DNA of 64,000 nt. Source: Histomonas meleagridis 2922-C6/04-290x (taxonomy: Eukaryota > Protista > Parabasalia). Positions within the stretch are counted from its first letter, which is position 1. Each line of letters starts with the position of its first letter. The translations under genes and the position numbers were made by a program. Shown here in pieces: positions 40,570 through 51,757 of this stretch. Where the stretch lies: contig JAANOX010000035.1 in NCBI GenBank assembly GCA_020184695.1, positions 124,001-188,000 of the forward strand, given 5' to 3'. The notes below the pieces were generated by a model that ran no database searches, was not told where the DNA came from, and saw only the letters and a program-made list of their open reading frames with translations.

Positions 40570-40930
40570 TTTAATTTTTAAATTTCATCATTTTGTAAAT
40601 AATAATTATATAAATAAATTGTTTCTATTTCTATTAATATTTCATGTGATTTTTATTGTGTTGATAAATTTTTGGGTAATTATATCAACAGTTGCTATGC
40701 ATCATAAATAAAAACAATTAACAGTTAACCACATCAGAATCCCAAAATTAAGTTAATTGCATGTCAATAATTTTTTTTTTAAAAATGATTCATGACTCAT
40801 ATAAAAGTTTTCAATATATATTTTAAAAACATTAATACCAATTTTCCCACATATTACTGTATCTTGAACATTTTGTTATCATGAATTAAAATAAATTTAA
40901 GCACAAAAAAAATTCCAGAAAATGATTTGT

Positions 40931-41125
40931 TTAGATCAAATTGCATTTCTTTTTTTTATCTTCACTCTTCTTATTTAACTCACTTCTTTTTGTATTTTCA
41001 TTGATTTCCTCTTTTTTAGGTTCATCATTTTCGGACGTATGCCTTTCTTCTTTTTCAATATTTACTTCGCTTGATTGTTCTTCTTCATTTTGTTCCACGT
41101 TTAGTTTCCTTTCTTCTTCAGACAT
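40931..41125 (-). CDS. 64-aa acidic protein with polybasic CaaX terminus
   Basis: Glu-rich body ending KKKKCNLI*; ACAATG start context. Confidence 0.7.
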   Translation of the reverse strand: MSEEERKLNVEQNEEEQSSEVNIEKEERHTSENDEPKKEEINENTKRSELNKKSEDKKKKCNLI

Positions 41126-41678
41126 TGTATTGAAATAAACATCGATCGTAATTTTATTACCAATTTCACCAGATGATTAAATTTTATCAACTTTTCTTTT
41201 TAAATTTTATTTTTATCTTTTAAAGATTCTTAGTTTATTTAATTTATTTAAAATATCAATTCTGTACAAATTCTCATTTAAATTATTTTTTATAATATAA
41301 TAACATGTTTATTCCATTTGGAATATAATTTGCATACATACACGAAATATTTAAAATTTTCATTTAACCTATATCATGTAGCATCAATACATACAGATTA
41401 TCATAAACAGAATCCTATGATGAAACAACATCCAAAGAATAAATCATATTTGATTTATTAAACTTTAGGAATATAAACAATGCTTTTTTTTCCTATATAG
41501 GATAAATTTAACTACCATTTTAAAATTGATCAAATCTCTAATCTTTAAAGATTTTTTTGAAATAAATTATTATAAAAAATCAATTTTTTTTAGAAAATGA
41601 ATAAAAAAGAAAGTGATTCACATCTATATATGAAATATAATTTATTTTCTCTATTTTTGTATAATTTATTATAACTGT

Positions 41679-42608
41679 TCATTGAAGTAACGAAAGCAGA
41701 GATGGATCAACTTCTTCATCTTCGTCCTCATAGTCTTCTTCCTTTGCAGCCTCTTGGAATTCCTCGACAACTTCTCTCTGTATTTCTTCCTCTGTTTTCG
41801 GCGTTTCCATTATTTCTTCGCTCTTTTGCGAAATGATCTGTTTGAGGAGCGGCGGCGCGTTTGGACCCATTTGCTTCATGAGCTCTGCATGCCAAAGGCG
41901 CACAATTTCAAACGCTTTGTCTACGGCAATGTCTATCACATTTTGGCGCACTGGAAGACCTCCGTTTTTGTGAATCGCGCAAATCTCGCCTTGAGCATTT
42001 GCAAATATAGTAAGAAAACCTTTAAGAACAGAAGACTCTTTCAACGTGGGATCAACAAAAATGAGATGTGCTTCAAGAAAACCAAATGTAATAGCAATGG
42101 GGAGATGATGGATAACAATCGCGCGAAGACCACGAGGCCCTGGTAGCTTGGTTGATAGAAGGGAAGAAACAAGTGCAAGGTGGCATGCTTCAATTAGGCC
42201 ACCGTCATTGTTTTGAATGACAATATCTGATTTGAGATTCCATACTAATTCACCAATTTTAATAACAAGTGACTCTAAATCTAGGGCACGAGTGTGATGA
42301 AGAGCCGCTCTTAATTGGTATACTGTATCTGCTTGAAATGAATAATCTAATTTATGAGGAGAAGATATAGAAATTACGTGACGCCCTTCAGATGGTCTGT
42401 CATCGTCAGGCTTTTCTTGACTTATGGTGGTTGTACAAGTAACAAGTGTTTTGCCAAGATGAACAACTGCTGAATTAGTTGAAAATTCAATTCTAAAATA
42501 TCGCGTTTCTTGTGGTTGCCGCCCATCAACTCTTCTTTCTGTTTGCAGAATATTTTCCATTGCTCTCATTTCATTTGGTGTAATTTTGAAGGGCGGAGGG
42601 TTTTCCAT
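41679..42608 (-). CDS. RRP45: Exosome core subunit RRP45 (RNase PH fold)
   Basis: RVDGR, VHLGKTLVTC, LDLESLVI..GELVWNL, NNDGGLIEAC, HHLPIAITF. Confidence 0.85.
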   Translation of the reverse strand: MENPPPFKITPNEMRAMENILQTERRVDGRQPQETRYFRIEFSTNSAVVHLGKTLVTCTTTISQEKPDDDRPSEGRHVISISSPHKLDYSFQADTVYQLRAALHHTRALDLESLVIKIGELVWNLKSDIVIQNNDGGLIEACHLALVSSLLSTKLPGPRGLRAIVIHHLPIAITFGFLEAHLIFVDPTLKESSVLKGFLTIFANAQGEICAIHKNGGLPVRQNVIDIAVDKAFEIVRLWHAELMKQMGPNAPPLLKQIISQKSEEIMETPKTEEEIQREVVEEFQEAAKEEDYEDEDEEVDPSLLSLLQ

Positions 42609-43065
42609 TAAATTTTGGTTCGATGCTTAACGGTTTCTTTGGCTTCTGAATTGACTATCTGTGTTCAAATGACAATTACAAAGAATTTTATTTTCTCAGT
42701 TAATGATGATAAAATACAAAATGAAACATTGATTTTTTATTTTAAATTCGACAAGGATAGATTACAATCAATATAACAATTTTTGTAAATTTAATTAGTG
42801 TTTTGATTTATTCTATAAGGCACTTGGACCCACAACCTAAGCTTTTCTGGTTATGCGTGTTCATGGAAAGCGATAAAATAGCAACTCGAATTTTACATAT
42901 CTTGAGAGATATTTTTTGTACAAATACATACGAGTAATCTCTTATTTATTTATCCTTTTTATAAGGAATGTGTTAAATAAAATTACTAATATTTTTTGTA
43001 TATAGGGTCTATTTCTTGCTTCATAGCAAATAAATTTTTTTTAAATAAACGTTTTTTTAAAACCA

Positions 43066-43950
43066 ATGCTTGGCTTAGACATAGGAGCAACACTAACAAA
43101 GTTTTGCTTTATCGTAGATGGATCTGTAAAATATTATTTTGTTAAAACTTCATTTGAAGATATCCAAAACTTCTTAGAGAACAAAGGAACAGGAAAAAAA
43201 TTAAATGATTTTCTTCCAAATGGGATCCAAAAATGGACAATAACAGGTTGTGGTTCCCACAGACACAGAGAGTATTTTGAACATTTTCCTATAGTACCAA
43301 GTCAGATAAATGATTCACAAACAATTTTAAATGCAATTCCTAAATTATTTGCTGATCCAGAAATGTACGTTACTATGGGTGGCACCGGAAAAGCTGCGTT
43401 TGATGACAAAATCTTGGTAGCAATGATTGGGACAGGTGTTTCATTTTTTGTCATAACTAATCAAACCTCAATTAAACACTTTGGAGGCACCAGCATTGGT
43501 GGTGGGACATTTCTTGGGATGTCAAATCTACTATTCCAAAATACAGATTTTGAAAAGTTAATCTCAATGGCAAAAGAAGGAAATCCAGACAATTTAGACT
43601 TACTTATATCAGACATTGTAGGAGGGGATTACACAGGGTGCTTGAAATCCGATGTTGTAGCTTCATCCATGGCGAAATCTTTTTGGAGTAAAGAGCGACC
43701 ATCAGACATTGACACTTCCGCATCACTTATCAAGACCATTTCCATTGTAGTTGGCAGCCAAATTGCTTCTATTTGTAATTCACAAGGAATGTCCACATGC
43801 GTATTGATTGGCGGTTTTATGGACATAAACGACATCATTTCAAACAACGTAATTGCCTCAGTGAACTTGTTTCGTCCGAGTTTGACATGCGTAATTCCAA
43901 AGAATCATCTTTATTTCGGCGCTTTTGGTGCTGCCATTAATAATCAGTAA
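43066..43950 (+). CDS. Type II pantothenate kinase (fumble family)
   Basis: GLDIGATLTK, TGCG, IGTGVS, GGTSIGGGTFLG, DLLISDIVGGDY...VASS. Confidence 0.9.
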   Translation: MLGLDIGATLTKFCFIVDGSVKYYFVKTSFEDIQNFLENKGTGKKLNDFLPNGIQKWTITGCGSHRHREYFEHFPIVPSQINDSQTILNAIPKLFADPEMYVTMGGTGKAAFDDKILVAMIGTGVSFFVITNQTSIKHFGGTSIGGGTFLGMSNLLFQNTDFEKLISMAKEGNPDNLDLLISDIVGGDYTGCLKSDVVASSMAKSFWSKERPSDIDTSASLIKTISIVVGSQIASICNSQGMSTCVLIGGFMDINDIISNNVIASVNLFRPSLTCVIPKNHLYFGAFGAAINNQ

Positions 43951-43991
43951 AATTTTACTACTATCCTTAAATCTATTGATATTTACTAAAG

Positions 43992-45635
43992 TCAGTCGAG
44001 TTTTAACGTAAAGAGTGAGAATCCACGTGGCGACAAATGGCTAAACAAGTCGAACATTCCGACTAAATAATGTTCTTGTTTCACCTCGACGATGCGCGCG
44101 AAGTAAGTGAGCCTCTCCATGAGAAGGAAGCTCTCGAACACGTGCCCAAACAATTCTCTGGCGACTGCGTGCGCCATCATTTTCCAATCTTCATTCTGAA
44201 TTTCGGCAATTTTCCAATGCACTTTCGATGCATCTGTTGGAGTACCAAAATGAGTCGCAAGACGTAAGACGTAGTCCTCAAAGTTCTCATCTTTGTTTTG
44301 TTTGAGCTTTTTAATTGTTTGTCGGGAAGGAATAAAACATTCAATTATCGAGCGATGGAGAAATTGCTCGAGAATAGATTTACGAGTTTCGAATGTGACG
44401 TTATACTCGTAGAGGGCATAGTTCAGCAGGTTATGTCTTTTGGTTTCATTTTGGCCAAATAAAAGATCGCATATTGGTTGATTCTCAGGAAGCAATGGAA
44501 GTCTTGAATGAGAAAGGTGCTGATAGCAGCAAGGAACAGAAATAGCGCCTCGTGGTTGAGGTGAGTTTAATGCAATTTCATGAGTAACAATGCTTAAATC
44601 ACCGCATGCATGAAGACCGACAGTAATATATTCAATAGGTTTGAGGTCAACATCGTTGGCTGCTAAAATTTCAACTGCAAGTTCGCCTTGGATTACGCGT
44701 GGCTTCTTGCTTTGCTCAGAAAAACGAAGTTGTTCTATCGGCACCGCGTTGGGGGCATCCTGAATTTCGTTTTTTTTGGATTTACCCTTTTTACCCTTCT
44801 GGAAATCTTTAACGGTCGCTGACCACTGTTCATATTTCATTGAATTTACATAAATTGCTTCGACATTTGTTTGAGTTGTCATGTACCCTATACACATGTT
44901 CATGAGATCAAAGGAATTTGGATCAACGCGCTTTTGAGATATAAGACATCCAATTCTGTTTTGAAGGTGACATGCATGTGATAAGCTTGCTTCAATTGTT
45001 AAAGTACGCATTCGCATTTGGCTTGACATGAATACAGAAAAGTACCCTTTTCCAGCGCCAACATCTACAAAGGAGATATTTGAACGTTTTAGTGGCGTTT
45101 TTTCGGTGATTTGTAAATGTGATAATTCTTTTGAAAGTGAATTGTGATAGGCTTCACCATGAAAAATAGATTCATCAAGTGAAAAACAATGATTAAGTAA
45201 AACATCAATTGCATAAGTGAGATAAATGACCTCTTGAGATTTATCAAATCCAGACATGCCTTGTAGAGATGGATATTTCATAACGTCAATTGCCTCTCTC
45301 TTTTCAGTTTCCCGTGGAAGAAATAGTGAAGTTGATTCTTGGAAGAATGAAGAAAGTGATGGTGATGAAATAATACTAAAATCATTTTCATTGAAAATTT
45401 TGTCATGAAAAATTTTATCAGTGAATATCCTTTGGAGATCATTTTTCCACTCAGGGTCAAAAACACCACCAGTGTTTTCTGAATAAATATCCAAAGCAAA
45501 TGGACCAAAAAGTTGAATCCATTTCTGAAAATAATCATGAAACTTTTGGAAAATCTGTTCAGTTATGTTTAAAAACTCTGTTAAAGTGCCAACAAATAGT
45601 TCTCCTCCTGGAAGAGGAGTAATGACTTTGGACAT
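43992..45635 (-). CDS. METTL25/RRNAD1-like SAM-dependent methyltransferase
   Basis: VDVGAGKGY, VGLHACGDLS, VPCCYQ, SPRG. The start may lie at ATG 45635 (aaaaATG) or further upstream (up to 45704). Confidence 0.85.
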   Translation of the reverse strand: MSKVITPLPGGELFVGTLTEFLNITEQIFQKFHDYFQKWIQLFGPFALDIYSENTGGVFDPEWKNDLQRIFTDKIFHDKIFNENDFSIISSPSLSSFFQESTSLFLPRETEKREAIDVMKYPSLQGMSGFDKSQEVIYLTYAIDVLLNHCFSLDESIFHGEAYHNSLSKELSHLQITEKTPLKRSNISFVDVGAGKGYFSVFMSSQMRMRTLTIEASLSHACHLQNRIGCLISQKRVDPNSFDLMNMCIGYMTTQTNVEAIYVNSMKYEQWSATVKDFQKGKKGKSKKNEIQDAPNAVPIEQLRFSEQSKKPRVIQGELAVEILAANDVDLKPIEYITVGLHACGDLSIVTHEIALNSPQPRGAISVPCCYQHLSHSRLPLLPENQPICDLLFGQNETKRHNLLNYALYEYNVTFETRKSILEQFLHRSIIECFIPSRQTIKKLKQNKDENFEDYVLRLATHFGTPTDASKVHWKIAEIQNEDWKMMAHAVARELFGHVFESFLLMERLTYFARIVEVKQEHYLVGMFDLFSHLSPRGFSLFTLKLD

Positions 45636-45800
45636 TTTTGGGGTGCACCTCATTCCAGCTGCAAAAATGTTTTGGTAATAAAATATACTTAATTTTTTAA
45701 TCATAGACCAACATCAAACAGCAACCAGATTTAAACTCTATTTTTTGTTTATCATTAAATTCAATCTGTTCTAAGTTTAAGTTATATTGAATTATTTTGA

Positions 45801-46607
45801 TTACTCTTGCTGTTGCATGCATAAAATGTATTTCATTTTTCTTATCTCTTTGTCTTGCATTGCAATTTCTGTTTCTAATTCTTTGATTCTTGCATTGTAA
45901 CATTTTTGATTTTCATTTAGACTATAACACATGTTTTCACACATTGACTGAAATCTCTTTAGTTCTGCTTTTGCCTTTTTGTATTTTTCTTGGTATTTTG
46001 CTGCTTGCTCTTTATATTCATTTAGTTCATTCATTAGTTGTATAAAACGATCCGTTTTATTCTCTTCATCATTTCTTTGGAATTCATTTTTCATCATATC
46101 ATTAATACAAGGATTTAAAAGAAATACATTTGAAAACAATTTAAATTCAATTATTCTAATATCGACTAACTTGATGGCAAGATCTACCTCTGATCTATGG
46201 CCATGAGCTTTCAAATAAAGGAGTGCATTTTTACAATCTTTAATTGCAGGATATTTAAATGATCTAATATTAGTAAAATCAAAAGTTATGTTATGCAACT
46301 CATTTGGAAATAGATTACTAAGCTGTTCACCTTTTAGTAGAATCTGATCACCAATTGTTGAAAAGCTGATTATTTTTTCGATTGCTTTTTCCAAATCATT
46401 TACGATTTTTATCCGATCAATATTTTTCATCTCATCATAATATAATCTTCTTGTCATGGTTGTAAGAAATTGTACATTATTTTCAGTAATTTCATTTCGA
46501 ATTGAAAGTTCATCAATTAAACTATCAATTTTGATCAACACCTCTGTAAACCTTGTTGAAGGGTTGCTAGAATATTTGTTGTAATTTTTATTTTCTACAT
46601 TTTTCAT
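45801..46607 (-). CDS. Hypothetical protein with C-terminal coiled coil
   Basis: 268-aa ORF with heptad-rich C-terminus. Confidence 0.7.
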   Translation of the reverse strand: MKNVENKNYNKYSSNPSTRFTEVLIKIDSLIDELSIRNEITENNVQFLTTMTRRLYYDEMKNIDRIKIVNDLEKAIEKIISFSTIGDQILLKGEQLSNLFPNELHNITFDFTNIRSFKYPAIKDCKNALLYLKAHGHRSEVDLAIKLVDIRIIEFKLFSNVFLLNPCINDMMKNEFQRNDEENKTDRFIQLMNELNEYKEQAAKYQEKYKKAKAELKRFQSMCENMCYSLNENQKCYNARIKELETEIAMQDKEIRKMKYILCMQQQE

Positions 46608-46843
46608 TTCAATGATATTTTTTTGCTGACAAAAAAATGAGATAAAAAATCATTAACAACGAAATTCTTAATTACTAATCTTTTGGTATGTTTCTCACTC
46701 GTGTTAAAATTTAATTATAATATTTGATAACAAATTATTTATTTTTTTACCAAACATTTTCAAGGAAAACTTTGAATATTGAGTTATTAGCTCCAAAAAA
46801 TCTATTCAAACTGTTAACTTGAAATTGATGTTTACATAAATAA

Positions 46844-48235
46844 TCAATACAGTACCTTCATTTGGGATGATCTCCACAATCTTCCATAATTATCGAAGTT
46901 AGAAGCAATACCCTTTATCAAAACACTCATTTCTTTCGATTCTAGTGGCACGTCCTGATAATCTTCTTGAATGAAATTGATCAAAAGAAGGATATCTTTT
47001 TCCAATTCTTCATTATTTAATTGTCTTGTTGGTTTAAATGTTAAGTATGGGTGATTTAACAAATCACTAATTTTTGGTCTTAACTTTGGATTTCTTTGTA
47101 AGCAACTTTTCATTGTTTGTAACAAATCAGGAAAATCAAAACGATCGATTATTTCTGGAAACTCGATTTCGTATGCGTCATCAACAATTGCTTGAATCTT
47201 TTGGAGCCAATCTGTTTGTGGAAAAGGAGGTCTTCCATAAACAAGTTGATATAAGATACAACCTAAAGACCACACATCACCAGAAGTACCAACTTTGAAC
47301 TTTTGACTTGTTTCATTAAGTTTAAGTGACTCTGGTGGCATATAATTAAGTGTTCCAACTTGATTTGATCGTTCGATATTTGTTGTGTCATTTTCAACTG
47401 CTATACGTTTTGCTATACCGAAGTCGATGAGCTTTAAGGTCCCTTTTACAAAGAGAAAGTTAGCCGGCTTTAAATCTCCATGAACAACATTTGCATGATG
47501 AACAACTTGTACAGCTTCAAGCATTTGTTGCCACATTAAACGAAGGAAATTGGGATCAATTTCTTCTTTTTCAGCAAGATTCTTTTCAATAAGAGATCGA
47601 AGATCAATATCTCCAAGTTCAAGAACAATTGAAATAACACCTCTTGTGTTGTCAACTTCACTGTCTATCATCGAAATAATGCGGTCAGAGTGGTATTCTT
47701 TGAGTTTTTTGAGTAAAGCGATTTCATTAACAAAGCTTTCAAGTGCTTGTGGATTAATATTATTAATGTTAACACGTTTAAGAGCATAAATATTGGAGTC
47801 AGGAGCCATAACTTTATAAACTTTCGAACTTCCACCTTTACCAATTTTTTTAAGGACAAGATATGGAGTATTATTAACTGTAAAAATGTTATATTGTTCA
47901 AAGAAACCATTGGAATGATGTTGTTCAGGAGTATTTTGATTTGAAAATGGTTGAGTTGTTGAGGATGAGCTTGAAATTGATAAAGAATGATTAGTTGATT
48001 GATTAACTGGAACTCTTTTTGGTGCCTGGTCAAAAATCCCACCTAATCTCTTTAAGTTATTTGTGGCTGGCGTTGGTTGCTTTTTAACGTAATCTTGAAT
48101 ATTACTTGAACCAATTTTATTGGGTGTTCTAATCTTGCTTTGCGGTTTTTTCATTTTCGATCCTAAGTCCATTTTGTTCCGTTGAGCATTTAGTTTTGAA
48201 CTTGAAATTTGTTTCAAGGCGCTTCTTGTGCTCAT
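46844..48235 (-). CDS. MPS1: Mps1/TTK dual-specificity kinase
   Basis: IGKGGSSKVYKV, NEIALL, FLRLMWQQMLEAV, HGDLKPANFLFVKGTLKLIDFGIA, QVGTLNYMPPE, DVWSLGCILYQLVYGRPPF. Confidence 0.93.
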   Translation of the reverse strand: MSTRSALKQISSSKLNAQRNKMDLGSKMKKPQSKIRTPNKIGSSNIQDYVKKQPTPATNNLKRLGGIFDQAPKRVPVNQSTNHSLSISSSSSTTQPFSNQNTPEQHHSNGFFEQYNIFTVNNTPYLVLKKIGKGGSSKVYKVMAPDSNIYALKRVNINNINPQALESFVNEIALLKKLKEYHSDRIISMIDSEVDNTRGVISIVLELGDIDLRSLIEKNLAEKEEIDPNFLRLMWQQMLEAVQVVHHANVVHGDLKPANFLFVKGTLKLIDFGIAKRIAVENDTTNIERSNQVGTLNYMPPESLKLNETSQKFKVGTSGDVWSLGCILYQLVYGRPPFPQTDWLQKIQAIVDDAYEIEFPEIIDRFDFPDLLQTMKSCLQRNPKLRPKISDLLNHPYLTFKPTRQLNNEELEKDILLLINFIQEDYQDVPLESKEMSVLIKGIASNFDNYGRLWRSSQMKVLY

Positions 48236-48466
48236 GTCGATTAAAATTTAAACGCACGTCTTTTTGGTTCAATTTAAATGTACGTTTAAAAAAATATTTT
48301 GACTAACTTTGTTTCAACTTCATTAGGAACAAACAAACAACAAAAAGGCTTCTAATAGTTTTGACATCATGAATTTTGCCCAAGTGCTACCTCAAATATA
48401 CAACAAGAGTGTTAAAATATAGTGATAAAATTAATTAAGTATTATATCATGAAAGAGTTCCTTTTA

Positions 48467-49039
48467 CTAGCATTGACATGATTGTTTTTTATTCTCTACA
48501 ACAGGCACGTTTTTTTGGGCATCAGGGTTTAATGGTGAAGTAGAAATTTTTGAAACAATATATTCAAAAAGCTTGTAAATTCCAATACCAGATACAGCTG
48601 AAGTTTCAAAATATGTCAGCTTTAGTTCAGTTGCTTTTTCATCAATATCTTTTGTGTCATAAACTCGAGTTGGTAAGTCAACCTTATTACAACATAAAAC
48701 AACCAGGCTTATATCTGATGATGTTTCATTAATGAAATTGTACCAGTATCCTACTGATTCTAAAGAATCTTGTTTTGAAACATCCATGACTATTACTGCG
48801 GCATTTGCTCCATGAAGATAAAGCGGAACAACTGATCTGTATGCATCTTGGCCTGCTGTATCCATTACAGTTAGAGAATAAGTAATACCATTAAATTCGA
48901 TTTTTTTGTTCTTTGAAGCGGCACCAATTGTTGGTGTTATTTCTTCATTCTCTCCGAAATAGTAGTTTATAATTGATGTTTTCCCAACTGCAGCATCTCC
49001 AAGAAGAACAACTTTAATGTTTTCTTCCTGCTCCAACAT
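48467..49039 (-). CDS. Rab-family small GTPase
   Basis: GDAAVGKT, TIG, DTAGQD, NKVD, ETSA, C-terminal CQC. Confidence 0.93.
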   Translation of the reverse strand: MLEQEENIKVVLLGDAAVGKTSIINYYFGENEEITPTIGAASKNKKIEFNGITYSLTVMDTAGQDAYRSVVPLYLHGANAAVIVMDVSKQDSLESVGYWYNFINETSSDISLVVLCCNKVDLPTRVYDTKDIDEKATELKLTYFETSAVSGIGIYKLFEYIVSKISTSPLNPDAQKNVPVVENKKQSCQC

Positions 49040-49534
49040 TTTATAAACGATGATATGTAACCGGTAGTTTTTTTGAAAAATTGGCAGTGACGATAAATTT
49101 TGCTTTAAAAATGACTTTTTCTATAGATCGTAAATCTTCCTAAAAGTCAATTGATTAATGTGACAGATAATTGAAAACAACTTTTTTCTTGCGGTGGAGA
49201 AATTGCTCTTTATAACAATTTAGAACACTTGAGCTTGAGTTATTGATAAAATATTACTGAAATAAAATTCCATTAATAATTTTTAAAAAATTGTATCGTG
49301 ATGAAGAATAAACCTAAATTAATTAGCTAAATATGCAATATACTTTGGTTTATTTAAAGCTGATAAATTAAAATAAATGGCAAAACATTAATAAGAAGTT
49401 AAACCAATTGATGAAATACATTACAATGAAGTTGATCATTTTTTTATGTGAAACTACGCAGTCAAAAATGCATTAGTATTACGTAATATTTACTTATGAT
49501 CATTTATTTATAGTTATAAGAAATTTTTATAAAA

Positions 49535-50389
49535 TTATGCATTAAGGAATGGCAAGATCTTATCGATTGTTTCTTTTTGCTTTTCCAAGAATAACAAATG
49601 TCCGCTCTCTTCAGATATAGCTATTTCAGAGTTTGGAACCCATTTTGACCACCAATCCTTTGAATCATCAATATCCATAAGGTTATCATGATCGCCAAGA
49701 ATTACCATCATTCGTTTGTTGACATTTGCAAGAACAGTAATTGTTTGGTCGATTTCATTTTGGTCATAAGATGCAATCGATTTCGAAATTGCACATGTGT
49801 TAGACCAACTTGTTTGGAATTGTTTCATACAAACATTAGCAACAGACTTTACAATTTCCTCACAGCTTGTCGGAGAGTAAAATTGTTGTGAAATTTGTTC
49901 AGGAATAGTTAATGAATATGTAAACTTCAAAACAAGAGGACCTAAAAACCGTGTCCCAAGCGTAAATTTTTGAAGAGGAGATGGAGAGTTGCTTGAAAAT
50001 AAGGGTGAAATAAAAATCATCTTATCAATTAATTCTGGGGATTTTGAAACTAATCCTGCTGCAACAACTGCACCATAAGAAAAGCCAATTAAGTGACATT
50101 TTTTAACTTGTAGGTAGCTAAGTAGGGATAAAACTTCTGTGATATATGAAGATAATCCAAAATTTCCATCATTTGGGTGTTCACTAAATCCCCTTCCCCA
50201 ATAGTCAATAACCAAAACAGAAAATCCATTATTCATTAATTCATTTGCTAATGGACAATAAAGATTTGAAGGCATTGTAAATCCTGGTAACAAGCAAACA
50301 ACTGGTGCGTTTTCTCTTCTAAAATCACGGTAATGTATTTTCCCATTTTGAGAAGGGAGGAAAAATTGCGGTGTATCAACAAATTCCAT
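49535..50389 (-). CDS. Alpha/beta hydrolase
   Basis: LLPGF oxyanion region, DYWGRGFS, GFSYG nucleophile elbow, GDHD acid, SGH histidine. Confidence 0.9.
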   Translation of the reverse strand: MEFVDTPQFFLPSQNGKIHYRDFRRENAPVVCLLPGFTMPSNLYCPLANELMNNGFSVLVIDYWGRGFSEHPNDGNFGLSSYITEVLSLLSYLQVKKCHLIGFSYGAVVAAGLVSKSPELIDKMIFISPLFSSNSPSPLQKFTLGTRFLGPLVLKFTYSLTIPEQISQQFYSPTSCEEIVKSVANVCMKQFQTSWSNTCAISKSIASYDQNEIDQTITVLANVNKRMMVILGDHDNLMDIDDSKDWWSKWVPNSEIAISEESGHLLFLEKQKETIDKILPFLNA

Positions 50390-50423
50390 TTATTGGCACT
50401 TTTTTGGTTCTTTTCTGACGCAT

Positions 50424-50431
50424 GTCACTTT
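50424..50431. promoter_or_regulatory. GTCACTTT in a 57-nt bidirectional promoter (Inr on + strand, M2 on - strand)
   Basis: Lies between divergent ATGs at 50389 (-) and 50447 (+). Confidence 0.55.
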
Positions 50432-50446
50432 TTTGTTTATACACAA

Positions 50447-51757
50447 ATGTCTCAAGCGATTCGTGCTACAATTTCATCTATTGCTGAATCTCTTGGCATT
50501 ACTCATATAAAAGAAACCATTCTATCAGATCTTTCAAACCATACACAGAAAGAAATTATAAAAATATTAAGTGATTCACTTCAAATTATGTCGACATGTA
50601 AAAGAAAAAGACTAAAAATATCTGACATAAATGATTCACTACAATCAAACAGTATGGAGCCACTCTTTGGATATTCAAATCAGAAACAACTTCAATTATT
50701 AAGTGCTGGAACAATATCAGCTTTAGATATTCTCTTTTATTCAGATGAACAAAGACCAGTAGATGCTTATGCAAGATTTGAGGCAGCACCTTATCCATGG
50801 GATATTTCGTTTGATATACAATGGTTAATGATTAATGGAAAACCGTTGATCTCAAGAAGCAAAAGCGAAGCTCCAATGGCACAAGAATCAACAACTATGC
50901 TTCAGTTGAATCAACAAGTTCAAAAAACAGATTCTGACCTTGAAATATCTTCAACACATTTAATTTCATATGAATTACAATTATACTACAAGCAAATTCG
51001 TGAGTACCTTATTGACAGCGATCCTGTTAAGAAGGAATCTCGTCTTTACGATTTACAAATGTCTCCTTCCATTCAATCTCTCCTTCCTTATTATTTACGG
51101 TTTTGCTTTACCTTACAGCGGGACAACCCTCATGTTTACGGGGAAATATATACATCCATTAGTGTTGCAAGGACGATGGTATCGAATCGGAATCTTCGAT
51201 TTTTTGATGTCTATTTACCCCACTTTATCACGTTGGCACTCACCAGCCTCCTTAGTTCTTCTATTGGGTCGAGCAACTTCTGTGAGTTTTTACTCCAAAG
51301 AGAATATTCGGCAGATTTGTTAAAAGCTCTTATTGATTTCTCCTTCAGACATGCATATACGTTTGTTCAGCCCAAGCTCACCGCTCAGCTTTTATATGTT
51401 CTCTTCAGCCAAAAGCGAAAACTTCCAGAAAAGTATGGAGCCTTAAACGGTCTCTTTTACTTCGGAATTGATTCGATTTCGAATTATGTTCTTCCTAAGC
51501 TTCAAATGATTCTTTCAAACCTAGAAAATGAGACCAAAGATTTGGACATACAAAAACAAAATTTATGTGTAATGTTTTACCATTTGATTTTAAAGTCGAC
51601 CGGATTTTGCCTTTACTCAGATACATATAAAATGGCTGCATCAGGTAAGTTGCCAATTATCGGCGCATCATTAGAACAGTACAGGAATTTAATGAATTTG
51701 TTTGGTTCTGACCTTGTTCCTTATATTGTGAATGATGATTCATTTTTATTTATATAA
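50447..51757 (+). CDS. TAF6: TFIID subunit TAF6-like
   Basis: N-terminal histone fold (SIAESLGI...KRKRLKISDINDSL...EPLFGY), HLISYELQLYY, LLPYY, and a helical C-terminal domain with KYGALNGL. Confidence 0.85.
   Translation: MSQAIRATISSIAESLGITHIKETILSDLSNHTQKEIIKILSDSLQIMSTCKRKRLKISDINDSLQSNSMEPLFGYSNQKQLQLLSAGTISALDILFYSDEQRPVDAYARFEAAPYPWDISFDIQWLMINGKPLISRSKSEAPMAQESTTMLQLNQQVQKTDSDLEISSTHLISYELQLYYKQIREYLIDSDPVKKESRLYDLQMSPSIQSLLPYYLRFCFTLQRDNPHVYGEIYTSISVARTMVSNRNLRFFDVYLPHFITLALTSLLSSSIGSSNFCEFLLQREYSADLLKALIDFSFRHAYTFVQPKLTAQLLYVLFSQKRKLPEKYGALNGLFYFGIDSISNYVLPKLQMILSNLENETKDLDIQKQNLCVMFYHLILKSTGFCLYSDTYKMAASGKLPIIGASLEQYRNLMNLFGSDLVPYIVNDDSFLFI

Noticed and set aside
43066-43950. Pantothenate kinase as a bacterial transfer
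   Set aside because: Type II PanK occurs natively in eukaryotes; short length alone cannot show its origin without a phylogeny.
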